This document shows positions 49,160 to 59,212 of a stretch of 64,000 nucleotides of DNA, piece after piece. Source of the DNA: Oopsacas minuta (Eukaryota; Animalia; Porifera); the NCBI GenBank assembly GCA_024704765.1, contig JAKMXF010000323.1:248001-312000 (forward strand). The letters are read 5' to 3'. Position numbers and translations under genes: made by a program. The notes under the pieces are model-generated. The model had not been told where the DNA came from. It did not search any database and saw only the letters and a program-made list of their open reading frames with translations. Every line of letters starts with the position of its first letter. Position 1 is the stretch's first letter.

Positions 49160-49999
49160 TCAGAACATAAGAGAAGGCGACTTTTTAGATGAACTCAACT
49201 CAGCGCCAGATCCAGAAAATCCCATCCCACCTATCCTAAGTTTGATAATATCATTCTTTTCCAGAACATTCCCAGTGATTGGATGGGTCATCTCTCCAGT
49301 CTCCTTGATGCCAGATTTAATCAATTTCTCCACGCACTCTAATGTTACAACATCTCCTGTAGGGCGTAGAACTGCACAAGGTACTGAGTTACCAAGATTA
49401 TCCCCCGTAACTGAACACACAAATGTATTGGCTTCATCCGAAGATGCTTTAAAAGAAACTTTAACCAAATCTCTCAGAGAGAGAGGATTCCCACTCATAG
49501 GACAATAAATATTTTTATCGGGCTTAGAAATGTCATCTTGTACAACATCAGGAGTAAGCGTTGGTATCCAGAAACTCTTTAATCCTGTACTGAGATAATT
49601 TTTCGAACAAGTGGTGCGAGGGGCTGAGTTAGGGAGGATGCTATCTTCAGAACGCTTGAAATATAAAATTTCAGATTTTGAATTATTCTTCTCTTCTAAA
49701 GCTTTTTGCATAGAAATTTTCTTCATACGATTTTGATACACCTTTAATTTCTTGGAATATTCTTTTTTCTGATGAAAAATATATTCGAGTATGGCTTCCC
49801 TTTCGTAAAGAAAACCATTCGGTGTGATTACAGGGTTAATGCATGGTTGGAGAGTTAAACAGCAAGCATTAAATTTGTTCATTGAATCTTTAGACATCCG
49901 AATTTTCTGAAGGCCATATCCACCAGAAATACTGTCTTTCAGCCTTTCGTGATAAGTGTATACTGCACCTGCAGTACAATTTTTGCCATGGCGGCTCAT
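49160..49999 (-). CDS. NOSIP: Nitric oxide synthase-interacting protein (U-box/RING-like), 279 aa, intronless
   Basis: MSRHGKNCTAGAVYTYHER...GYG.QKIRMSKDS..F.ACCLTLQPC..PVITPNGFLYEREAILEYI; CPMSGNPL; CSVTGDNLGNSVPCAVLRPTGDVVTLECVEKLI; GG.GFSGSG. Confidence 0.96.
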   Translation of the reverse strand: MSRHGKNCTAGAVYTYHERLKDSISGGYGLQKIRMSKDSMNKFNACCLTLQPCINPVITPNGFLYEREAILEYIFHQKKEYSKKLKVYQNRMKKISMQKALEEKNNSKSEILYFKRSEDSILPNSAPRTTCSKNYLSTGLKSFWIPTLTPDVVQDDISKPDKNIYCPMSGNPLSLRDLVKVSFKASSDEANTFVCSVTGDNLGNSVPCAVLRPTGDVVTLECVEKLIKSGIKETGEMTHPITGNVLEKNDIIKLRIGGMGFSGSGAELSSSKKSPSLMF

Positions 50000-50247
50000 G
50001 AAAGCAAATATGCTAGAAACAATACAAAAGAATTCATAGACAGCGGGAGTGACACGTCTTGAACACTCCGTGCTCGCATGAAGAACGCTTCGGGCGATCT
50101 GTAATATGGGTTATATATCATCATCTACCTTATATCGATTAGTGTTGCATCGATGAAGACTGGACACTCGTTAAAATGGAATACCAAGAAAAACCAATGG
50201 AACCCTTGTGGCAAAATATAATTAAGAAAGGCTGTGTAGAGTGCCGG

Positions 50248-50518
50248 TGTCATATAGCAATCTTCTGTAACTATCCCCCCAGGAAGAATACTATATAGTA
50301 ATCTTCCCGGGGGAAAATTATCATGTAGAGTAAAGTTCCCCCTATCTCGATTATAATGTAATCCACTGGCTTTAATTATGGCTCGTATGATGAAACTCAA
50401 AAGACTTTAACTGCTTTTGAATAGGGAAACTCTTTACTATGCATGATAATTTCTCCCTGGAAGAATACTATCTAGTATTCTTCCCGGGGGGATAGTTACA
50501 GATGATTACTATATGACA
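50248..50518. mobile_element. MITE with TGT...ACA termini and putative 4-bp TSD (CCGG/CTGG), Ginger-like
   Basis: ccgg|TGTCATATAG...CTATATGACA|ctgg; ~105-bp TIRs. Confidence 0.7.
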
Positions 50519-51404
50519 CTGGCAACGCACGGTGACCAGATGAGTAATGACGAAAACCTAGACAATTTGAAATGTTTAATAAAAACTGGCATTACTGAAC
50601 AAATGAAATTCGAAACAAAAAACCGGACAGCATTTAATCTGCGTGAAATCGCATATTGAGCATAGTAGACCTAAATTGCGGCTCCACGGGACCACTTGTG
50701 GGGCTACTAATACTGTTTCAATGGGAAGTGAGATTTCTAACGCACCACTTTTGTAATGGTACTACGGTTTAACGGACCCCTTCAAATCCTTGCCGCTGTG
50801 CTTGGAGTACGTAGTTATATTTCCCGGGAGAGGAAACACATATTATTCCCCGGGAATTCTGGGAAAACGGGAAATGGTTTAGGATACAACTTGTCAACGG
50901 AACGGAAACATCACAGAGGAATTAGTAATTTAATCTAAAAATCAGATTTGCATAAACTCTGTGTGGCCAGGTTATTATACTATTGTAGTATGGATGGAAT
51001 AATGCTAAAAACTAGAGTTCGTGTCAGTGCTCGACAAATGCGGTGTTTGTATAGCTACCAAATTTTCCATAAAGCCCTAAAAAATGTAATTAGGCTTAGT
51101 TATGCTAGCTGGTGGCTAAGTTAGCCACGAAGGAATTTCAATTTTGTCGAGCGCTGGTTCGTGTGCAATTCTTGGACAACTTGCTTGCTTTTTGTAAAAT
51201 ATAACTCTTAATGACTAAAAAAAATTGTATTCCATTTTTCAACTTTTTGGCGTCACTTTTGGACACATTAAAATGCACATAAATCATTCACTGTAAATAG
51301 TGACCACTTTTTATGTCGATATTTGCAATCAGGGAATATTACGTTTTTACAGATCCAATTTTCATCTTCTGTTAATGTGAGGAATTGTAACTATAAATGC
51401 ATAA

Positions 51405-52976
51405 GCTATATTATTAAATCTCAATTGTTGTCTGTCTGATTGTGTATCCATTGCCAAGTAAAGGTTTACGGTTTGCAATTTTGAAATTGTCGCATAACTA
51501 TATATTTAGGTGTTATCAAGGAAGTAAATAGAATTCAATAAAACTTCACTAAATATATCGAACATGCTGAATCCGATTTTCACACTTTAAGATTAATCTA
51601 ATGTAATTTATTGTTGTTTTTGTGAAATATAAAGTAAACAAATTATCCAAATCTCAAAATATACGTACAGCCTTGCTCTAAACGGCTACCCAGAGGTAAC
51701 TAAGTACTCTGAATCCGAATTTCGCATCTTCAAGTTGCTCATTTGTAATTTATTATTGTTTTAGGTACATAAAGTAATCAAATTTCAAAATTGTAGGTAG
51801 AAACAGTTTCAATGGTTATACTGAGATAATCGGGTATACTGAATCTGAATATAGTATTGCAAACAACATCTATATTATTCAATCTCAATTGTTGTTTGTT
51901 TGTTTGTTAGTTTGCCCGTTAATATAGGTATATTTGTGAATTACATTTTTCTATATGTATATATATATATATACAGTTAGGGGACAAAAGTATTCGAACA
52001 CACAAATATATTGTCATAAATTGTATACTCTTTCCCGCTCCTATATATTGTGTAGTCTATATTCGTAGCTGCTATCTAGTAATCTGTATAGAATAACTTA
52101 TGTTTTTCAAGAATTTCAAAAAATTATTTTCGATTTGCACTTTTTGAAGGTGTTAATTATTAATAATTATTAGATAATTATTGATAATCAAAATATGTGG
52201 TAATTCAAAGCCTATTAAGAATCTATAATTTCTGACTTGATATTTGAATTCTACGTAGGCGAGTTACCCCAGATTGAAATATCCAATGGGATTGAACAAT
52301 TTTTACCAAAGTTATAGAAGAATTTCAATTTGTCCTAAATGTGCCACTTTTTTCAAAAAGTGGCACAGGTGGCAGGAAAAAGCGCCACTACAAGGAAATC
52401 AACTAGGGTTAGGAGGAATAAGTCGAAGTGATATTTTCGAATGATATGACTATGCTAACCCTTGAATTCCAAAATAACCTCTTGGTAGCGGCCACTTGTG
52501 CCACCTTGGGCCAAAGGTGGCACAAATGGCACAAATTGAAATTCATCTATAACTCTGGTAAAAATTGCTCAATCCAATTGGAAATTTCAATCTGGGGTAA
52601 CTCGCCTACGTAGAATTCAAATATCAAGTCAGAAATTATAGATTCTTAATAGCATTGAATTACCACATATTTTGATTATCAATAATTATCTAATAATTAT
52701 TAATAATCAACACCTTCAAAAAGTGTAAATCGAAAATAATTTTTTGAAATTCTTGAAAAACATATGTTATTCTATACAAATTACTAGATAGCAGCTACGA
52801 ATATAGACTACACAATATATAGGAGCGGGAAAGAGTATACAATTTATGACAATATATTTGTGTGGTCGAATACTTTGTCCCCTGACTGTATATGTATATA
52901 TTATAATACTCAAAGGAGCCGTCAACCTCGATGCCCAATGCGCCGAGTTCATCGCAAGGGACGAGCCTAGGGCTCG
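51405..52976 (+). mobile_element. Helitron-like family copy carrying a Tc1-like foldback insertion
   Basis: (G)CTATATTATTAAATCTC start. 3' end GACGAGCCTAGGGCTCG|T. Confidence 0.75.
51974..52888. mobile_element. Non-autonomous Tc1-like element with ~360-bp TIRs (915 bp)
   Basis: TA|CAGTTAGGGGACAAAAGTATTCGA...TCGAATACTTTGTCCCCTGACTG|TA, inserted in a (TA)n run. Arms are near-identical. Confidence 0.88.
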
Positions 52977-53138
52977 TATATCAAAGTATACATCACTGTA
53001 TTTAGCTGTTTTATATCTTTAAATATATTAACTAAACATTTAACAATATTTGATCATATTGGCTAATGAAAATTGATCTCGACTCCCGATACGCCATCCG
53101 GTAGTAAAAACAACAATAGGATTTGTATTTAATTAGTA

Positions 53139-53611
53139 CGAGCGTTTGGTTCGTCGCTTCGCGATGAACTCGGCGCATTGCGCCTCGAGGTATCCATCAT
53201 TCTCCAAATCGATGGCCCCTGTGAGTATTATAACATAAACATATTTATGTACCTAAAAGTAAACAAATATTCACATTATGTTGTTTACAATATCATATTC
53301 GGACTCAGCATACTCGATAACCCAGTATAGTCGTTGAAAGCATGTTTCTACCTCAATTTTGAAATTTGTTCACTTTATATTCATAAAAACAACAATAAAT
53401 TTTCACATGATTAATCCAAAAGTGTGAAAATCGGATTCCACATATTTGATATATTTAGTGAAGTTTTATTGAATTTATTTACTTCCTTGATAAACACGAT
53501 AATACATAATTATGCGACAATTTCAAAATTGGATACTGTAAATCCTTTCCTTGACAACGGACAACAAACAGACAAACAGACAGACAACATTTTGAGATTT
53601 AATAATATAGA
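53139..53611 (-). mobile_element. Complete Helitron-like family copy (473 bp)
   Basis: Minus strand A|TCTATATTATTAAATCTC...TCGCGAAGCGACGAACCAAACGCTCG|T. Confidence 0.8.
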
Positions 53612-53929
53612 TTAGGGAGAAAAAAGCAATAGCAAGGATGCAAAGACCTTATTAGTGTACTGTCCAATTTTAATAAATTCATTTTGGCCTATAAATACAT
53701 GGTTATGCAATACCATGAAATGCGGTACGCTCGCTTTTTGGCCCTCTTTTCCAAATCCTGGATTCGCCATTGATTTAGAGGGGGCACTTTCTGGGCACCT
53801 AGGATCCATTACGTTTCCAAAACTGTCTTTTGCCCCCGTTGCCAAAATGAATGGATGAGATCAAGAGCTCGAGAAATGTATGGAATATTTCCCTACATCC
53901 TGGGATTTGTATGACAAGAGTTAGAAAGT

Positions 53930-54750
53930 ATATCCAATTTTTATACGAAATTTACATGACCCCGGCATCAAATATTTATGCGGCCCACGTTAATCACATA
54001 TATTTTCGATCCTAAATTGCATTTATAAATTGCACTGTCTGCGAATTTACGATAGATCTCCTGTAGGACAACCTTAACCTTTTCAAATCTCATGCTTTTA
54101 ACCACCAGATTAGTACTAAGCATCGAATTTCCAGATATTTGATGGGCCACTTGACCAAATTCTGACCATTTATGAGAATGAAACGTAGCACATTCCTGCG
54201 TTTTCACGTAAGTTTGTAAACATAGTCATGTGAGCCCTATAATGAAAGGAAATTTCATGCTGAGTACGAATATCAGCATAGAAAAACGATTCGACTTAAA
54301 ATATGAATGTAAGTTAAATTTTAATGCAAATTTGCGTTACTTTAACCCATTTGGAGCCCAAAACCGTTCAAAATATATTAACCTTAATATTTGAATCGAT
54401 TTTTCTATTCGTATTCAGCATGAAATTTCCTTTCATTATAGGGGTTACATGACCATGTTTGGAAAAAAAAATTCCTTGACAATGCAAGAATGTGCTACAT
54501 ACGCATTCTACAAAGTTGTCGGATACGGTCAATTGACTCAGCAAATTGCTGGAAAATTTAATACTGATTACGAATCTGGTTGTTAAAAGTTGATTCGATG
54601 AAATTTAAAAAGGTTGACCCATGGGGGATCCCGGATGCATCGACCTTAGCAGACAGTGCAATTAATATATGCAATTTGGGATCGAAAATGCTTCTGATCA
54701 ACATAGGTCGCGGAAATTTGATGCCGGAGTCATGTAGATTAGGTATAAAA
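53930..54750. repeat. Older, diverged foldback palindrome (~380-bp arms)
   Basis: ttacatgacccggcatcaaat / atttgatgccggagtcatgta; ctataatgaaaggaaatttcatgctga / tcagcatgaaatttcctttcattatag. Confidence 0.75.
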
Positions 54751-55405
54751 TATTTGGCGCTTTTGTCCCGCTTGTCTCAATTGTGCTAAATTTTCGGCGC
54801 CAAGGCACCTGATTAATACAGGAAATGCTATAGGTTGAAATTTAGCATGCTCAATACCCATATTGCTTCAGGTCTACTGGGGGGTTTATTGAATGATAAT
54901 GAATTTTCAAATACAGTTTATATTATGGCTATATCTATCACTGTTTTGCCTATTAATCGAAGCATTTAGTCAAGGAAATGTACGAAAATGGCAGAATTGT
55001 AACAAATATTGACAGATAGGTGCCAAATATTCATGAGGATGTTCTAGAAAACGTAATTATAATTCCAGCAAATTTGGATAATAGATGAACAGAGAATCAA
55101 TGTACCAAACTGGGACAAATTTTCAGGAAAATTTATTAATCAAACACAATAGCGTCCATTTTTGACGATCAGAATTGTCTGAAATTCTCTGCAAATAGTA
55201 GTACGCATTTACTTGGTAATATAATTCTAGGGTCCATTGGGAGGAAGCATATGGTTTATTCAGTTCTATCTCGGTTTAAAGTCTGAATAAAAGACACAAT
55301 GGACAAAGGCTAAAATATTGGACAGAAAACGGACCTAATAGAAAGAAGGACAAGAATCAATAAAAAGGAATGTCGTTTGAAAAAGGACATATAGTTACTC
55401 AGAAC

Positions 55406-55868
55406 CAGTGCTGCCAAGTGAATTCAGAAAAATTTACGGAGATTGATCGAAAGATTTACGTAAAAACAAAATTTTTTACGAAGCATTTTAAAATCCCTTA
55501 ATGGCCCTCAACAGGTCTTAATTTGCTTTTACAAATGCCATTAGCTAACAACTTCTTATTAATAATCATTAGTAAATGCAGATATATGGACGCTCTCGCG
55601 TTTGTAAACAATAAGCTAAATTCACTATCAGCATGCAATAAACAATCAAAGTATTATTTTAAATGGTCGTACATACTTTTAGAAAATAATTCGTACATTT
55701 CCGAGGTAGGTACAAACGTTGAGGAATTTTGAATATCGACCTTCATCGTTAACAAAAAGTATTACGCGTACATGTAATTCGATAGAAATACGTAGAAATA
55801 ATTCTTCATACGTAGATAGCAGTCAAATTTACTTAGTCACGGAAATTTACGGAGACGTGGCAGCACTG
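55406..55868. mobile_element. hAT-type MITE (463 bp) with 8-bp TSD
   Basis: ctcagaac|CAGTGCTGCCAAGT...ACGTGGCAGCACTG|cccagaac (7/8 TSD match). Confidence 0.85.
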
Positions 55869-56014
55869 CCCAGAACCTTTCCCATACTTAAAATTTCAGC
55901 AGGACTCCCCTGCTTTAAGGTGTTCTGAATTAAATAATTTGGATAGTCTGGTAACCACTATTAGCACACTTTCAACTTATTATGGTAAAATTAGCGTAGG
56001 CCGAAAAGTTAATA

Positions 56015-58091
56015 CAGTCAAACCTCCAATAGTGAACACCTCTCATTAGTGAACACCTCCAAATAGTGAACACTATATTCTGGTCCCAAATATTTCCCTA
56101 CCAAATAATATTTATAAGAACCTCTCTTTAATGAACACCTCTATACTGTGAATAGTGAACACCTTATTTGAACATTTCATAAGTATCTCAATTAGAATGA
56201 ACCTCCAATTAGTGAACATGGGTCAGGTTTCTGAATACAAAATAAACAGTGTTATATGAAAAGCGTGAAAAGATAATGTCACATATGCATATACTACTAA
56301 TAAGTTATCAATTGCCAACGTATAACGTACTAATACGTAGTTTAGAATTACTCTACCAACTCAGGTTATTTTAGCCATCTATCCGTGATGTCACTAAAAA
56401 GGAAAAATCTTACAATATCCGAAAAGCTCAATGTAATAGAATTTGCCTCAACGCACAGCCAGCGTGATGTAGCTGATCGATTTGGTATATCTGTGGGAGC
56501 CGTAAATAACATTCTTAAGAAGAAACAGGAAATCCAAATGGCTTGCGAAGAAAACTGTAACCCACAAATGAAGCGAGTTAGATTGTCTAGTCATTGTGAA
56601 GTTAATGATCTTATTTGGCAGTGGTTTGTAACAGCTAGATCAAAGAATATACCAATTTCAGGACCTATCTTACAAGCAAAGGGCATAGATTTTGCCGAAC
56701 AACTAGGTATACCATTCAAAGCCTCTAATGGCTGGTTGGAAAAGTTCAGGTCAAGGTACAATATAGCATTCAAGACACTATGCGGTGAAAGTGCCAGTGT
56801 TGATCCGGGGACTGTTGATACATGGAAGCAACAATTACATACGATAATAGGTGGTTACAGCCCTGAAGATATTTTCAATTGTGATGAAACAGGTCTCTAC
56901 TATAAGGTTTTGCCAACTAAGTCTCTTGTAGAGAAAAACAAAATTTGCAACGGAACAAAGACGTCAAAGGATAGGTTGACAATTCTTTTGTGTGCGAATA
57001 TGTCGGGTACGGAAAAATTGAAACTATTGATGATAGGGAAAAGTCAGAATCCTAGGTGCTTCAAACACATGGACTTTAGTCAAATGCCGGTGCAATGGAA
57101 AGCAAACAAAAAGGCTTGGATGGATAGTAGTATATTTGGAGAATGGTTGAAGGATATCAACAATAAAATGAAGCGACAAAAGAGAAAGATTCTTGTATTC
57201 ATTGATAATGCTACAAGTCATCCTCATTCAGTATTTAGTAATATTGAGTTAAAGTTTTTTCCTGCAAATTGTACATCCCAATTACAGCCAATGGATCAAA
57301 GAATTATACAGTCTATGAAACTTTCTTATAGGAAGATCCTCTTAATGGATGTACTAAGCAGAGTTGAATCTTGTGATTCTGGGCAAGGACTAATTAAATC
57401 GATCACAGTTAAGCATGCGTTGTATTGGGCAGCCCAAGCTTGGGAAAATGTCAAATCTGAAACTATTCAGAAATGTTTCGCAAATGCTGGATTTGGTTTC
57501 TATGAACACGCAAATCTTGACCATGAAGAAAATATCCAAAATATGATTGATGATTTGTCTTCCAGTCTTGGAATCGAATGTTGTTCAGGAATTAACTTCA
57601 TGAATATCGATGAAGAGGAACAATTACTGCATGCATATACTGATGATGATTGGGAAACACAGCTAATAGAAAATTATTTATCACCAGCAGACAATGAAAC
57701 ATTAGAATTGGATGAAGAAAGCGACTCAGATATTCCAATCTCAAAAGCTCCAACAGTAAAAGAAGTACTGTATTCATTGGATGTAATAAAGACATTCAGC
57801 AATAACGACAGTAAGGTGTTTGGAGCTGTAATGAAAGCTGAATCAGCAATCAAAGAGCTAATATCAGAAGGAACATGTCAAAGGCAGTCAAAACTTACTG
57901 ATTATTTGGAGAAAATTAATTAATAGCTAAAAACACATTAACATTGCATACTTAAATCATAATACATTTCATATAGCTTATTAAAATTTCATTGTTATAC
58001 TATTTCAATGTAACCTCTCATTAATGAACACCTCGCTATAATGAACAAAAAAATCGGTCCCGAGGGTGTTCACTATGGAGAGGTTTGACTG
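56015..58091 (+). mobile_element. Full-length pogo/Tigger DNA transposon (2077 bp)
   Basis: TA|CAGTCAAACCTC..ATAGTGAACACC...GGTGTTCACTATGGAGAGGTTTGACTG|TA. Subterminal TGAACACC repeats. Confidence 0.95.
56388..57923 (+). CDS. Tigger/CENP-B-family transposase, intact 511 aa
   Basis: KRKNLTISEK (CENP-B HTH), ISGPILQAKG, FKASNGWLEKFRSR, FNCDETGL, FIDNATSH, LQPMDQRII; open frame. Confidence 0.93.
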   Translation: MSLKRKNLTISEKLNVIEFASTHSQRDVADRFGISVGAVNNILKKKQEIQMACEENCNPQMKRVRLSSHCEVNDLIWQWFVTARSKNIPISGPILQAKGIDFAEQLGIPFKASNGWLEKFRSRYNIAFKTLCGESASVDPGTVDTWKQQLHTIIGGYSPEDIFNCDETGLYYKVLPTKSLVEKNKICNGTKTSKDRLTILLCANMSGTEKLKLLMIGKSQNPRCFKHMDFSQMPVQWKANKKAWMDSSIFGEWLKDINNKMKRQKRKILVFIDNATSHPHSVFSNIELKFFPANCTSQLQPMDQRIIQSMKLSYRKILLMDVLSRVESCDSGQGLIKSITVKHALYWAAQAWENVKSETIQKCFANAGFGFYEHANLDHEENIQNMIDDLSSSLGIECCSGINFMNIDEEEQLLHAYTDDDWETQLIENYLSPADNETLELDEESDSDIPISKAPTVKEVLYSLDVIKTFSNNDSKVFGAVMKAESAIKELISEGTCQRQSKLTDYLEKIN

Positions 58092-59020
58092 TAGTATAAA
58101 TCTTTATTTTCTTTAATCCGCTAATGCTAGATACTGAAAATGTACTCTTGTTGTGTAGGAAATCAAATTTTGGGAGTCCAGCGGTCATTTTGCCTTCCCA
58201 GAAATATTTGTGGAATTAAATTATGCGATATTCAAACCTTTCCATCTATGGTAATATCAGTATTATTTCAACATCAGTTAGCAATGGTATATGAAATGCA
58301 TTATTTTCACTTCGAACCAGAATTGATATCATACGTAATTGTAGAAATACATGCCATCAGTCCAGGATACCAATATTTTTCGAAATGTACGAATTTATTT
58401 GCTTAGTAAGCACTAATTGAGCGAGATTAATTACACCAAATTGATCTATCATAAAAGCATGTATAGCAATACATAATGATCTATGATCAGAATGTTGAAC
58501 TACAAAAGGTTTTAAAACAGTTTCTTTACAAAATATATAAAATTTGTGATAAAAATTTGGCACGTTTCCAAGTGACAGTAGACACCATATATTTCACATG
58601 TTTAATTAATATCAAAGTATAACTCGATAATCGTTGAATTTTGATCAAATCTGGATTGCCAATATAGTGCATATCCAACTTCCCATATCCTTGTGTTAAC
58701 GTAGTACATAGATGCCAAAAGGATTTCAGTCAAGGTCTATATATTCATACGAAAAGGATCAGCAGTCCACAACATATTAATTCCCTAAATTAATCATTTC
58801 TATGAAACTGCAATATACTTCTAAATTTCCTACTATGAATCTAATGCTAATGAATACATAAAGGTTGGTAAAAATATCTCGAAGGGTAAATACATAGAAA
58901 ATATTTGGTAGATAGCCAGGATTTTGAAAGAGTTTGGATGAATCCAATCTGAAGCTTGCGGTCCGGACTAGATTGAAGAAAGGCCCGGATCCGGACCGTT
59001 GTCCTTCAGTTGGGCATCAC

Positions 59021-59173
59021 TGACGTAGTGGATCAATGAAATGAGAATAAGCTATTGGTAGAGAAATATAAACCAAATATTAGACAAACTAAATACGATA
59101 CACGTATTACTTAACTAATTAAGTATGTCACTTATGGTTGTCTAGTAACCTACGCCATGAGGTTTCCATAACA
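59021..59173 (-). repeat. Putative 3' LTR of the Gypsy relic at 62.8-64 kb
   Basis: Minus strand GAGGATGGCGA|TGTTATGG...CTACGTCA. The TG..CA ends are tentative. Confidence 0.4.
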
Positions 59174-59212
59174 TCGCCATCCTCAAAATGAAAGCGAATG
59201 TATATGGTGACT

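Noticed and set aside
50064-50088. 5.8S rRNA-like ATGAAGAACGC
   Set aside because: Only an ~11-nt match, with no flanking rRNA homology.
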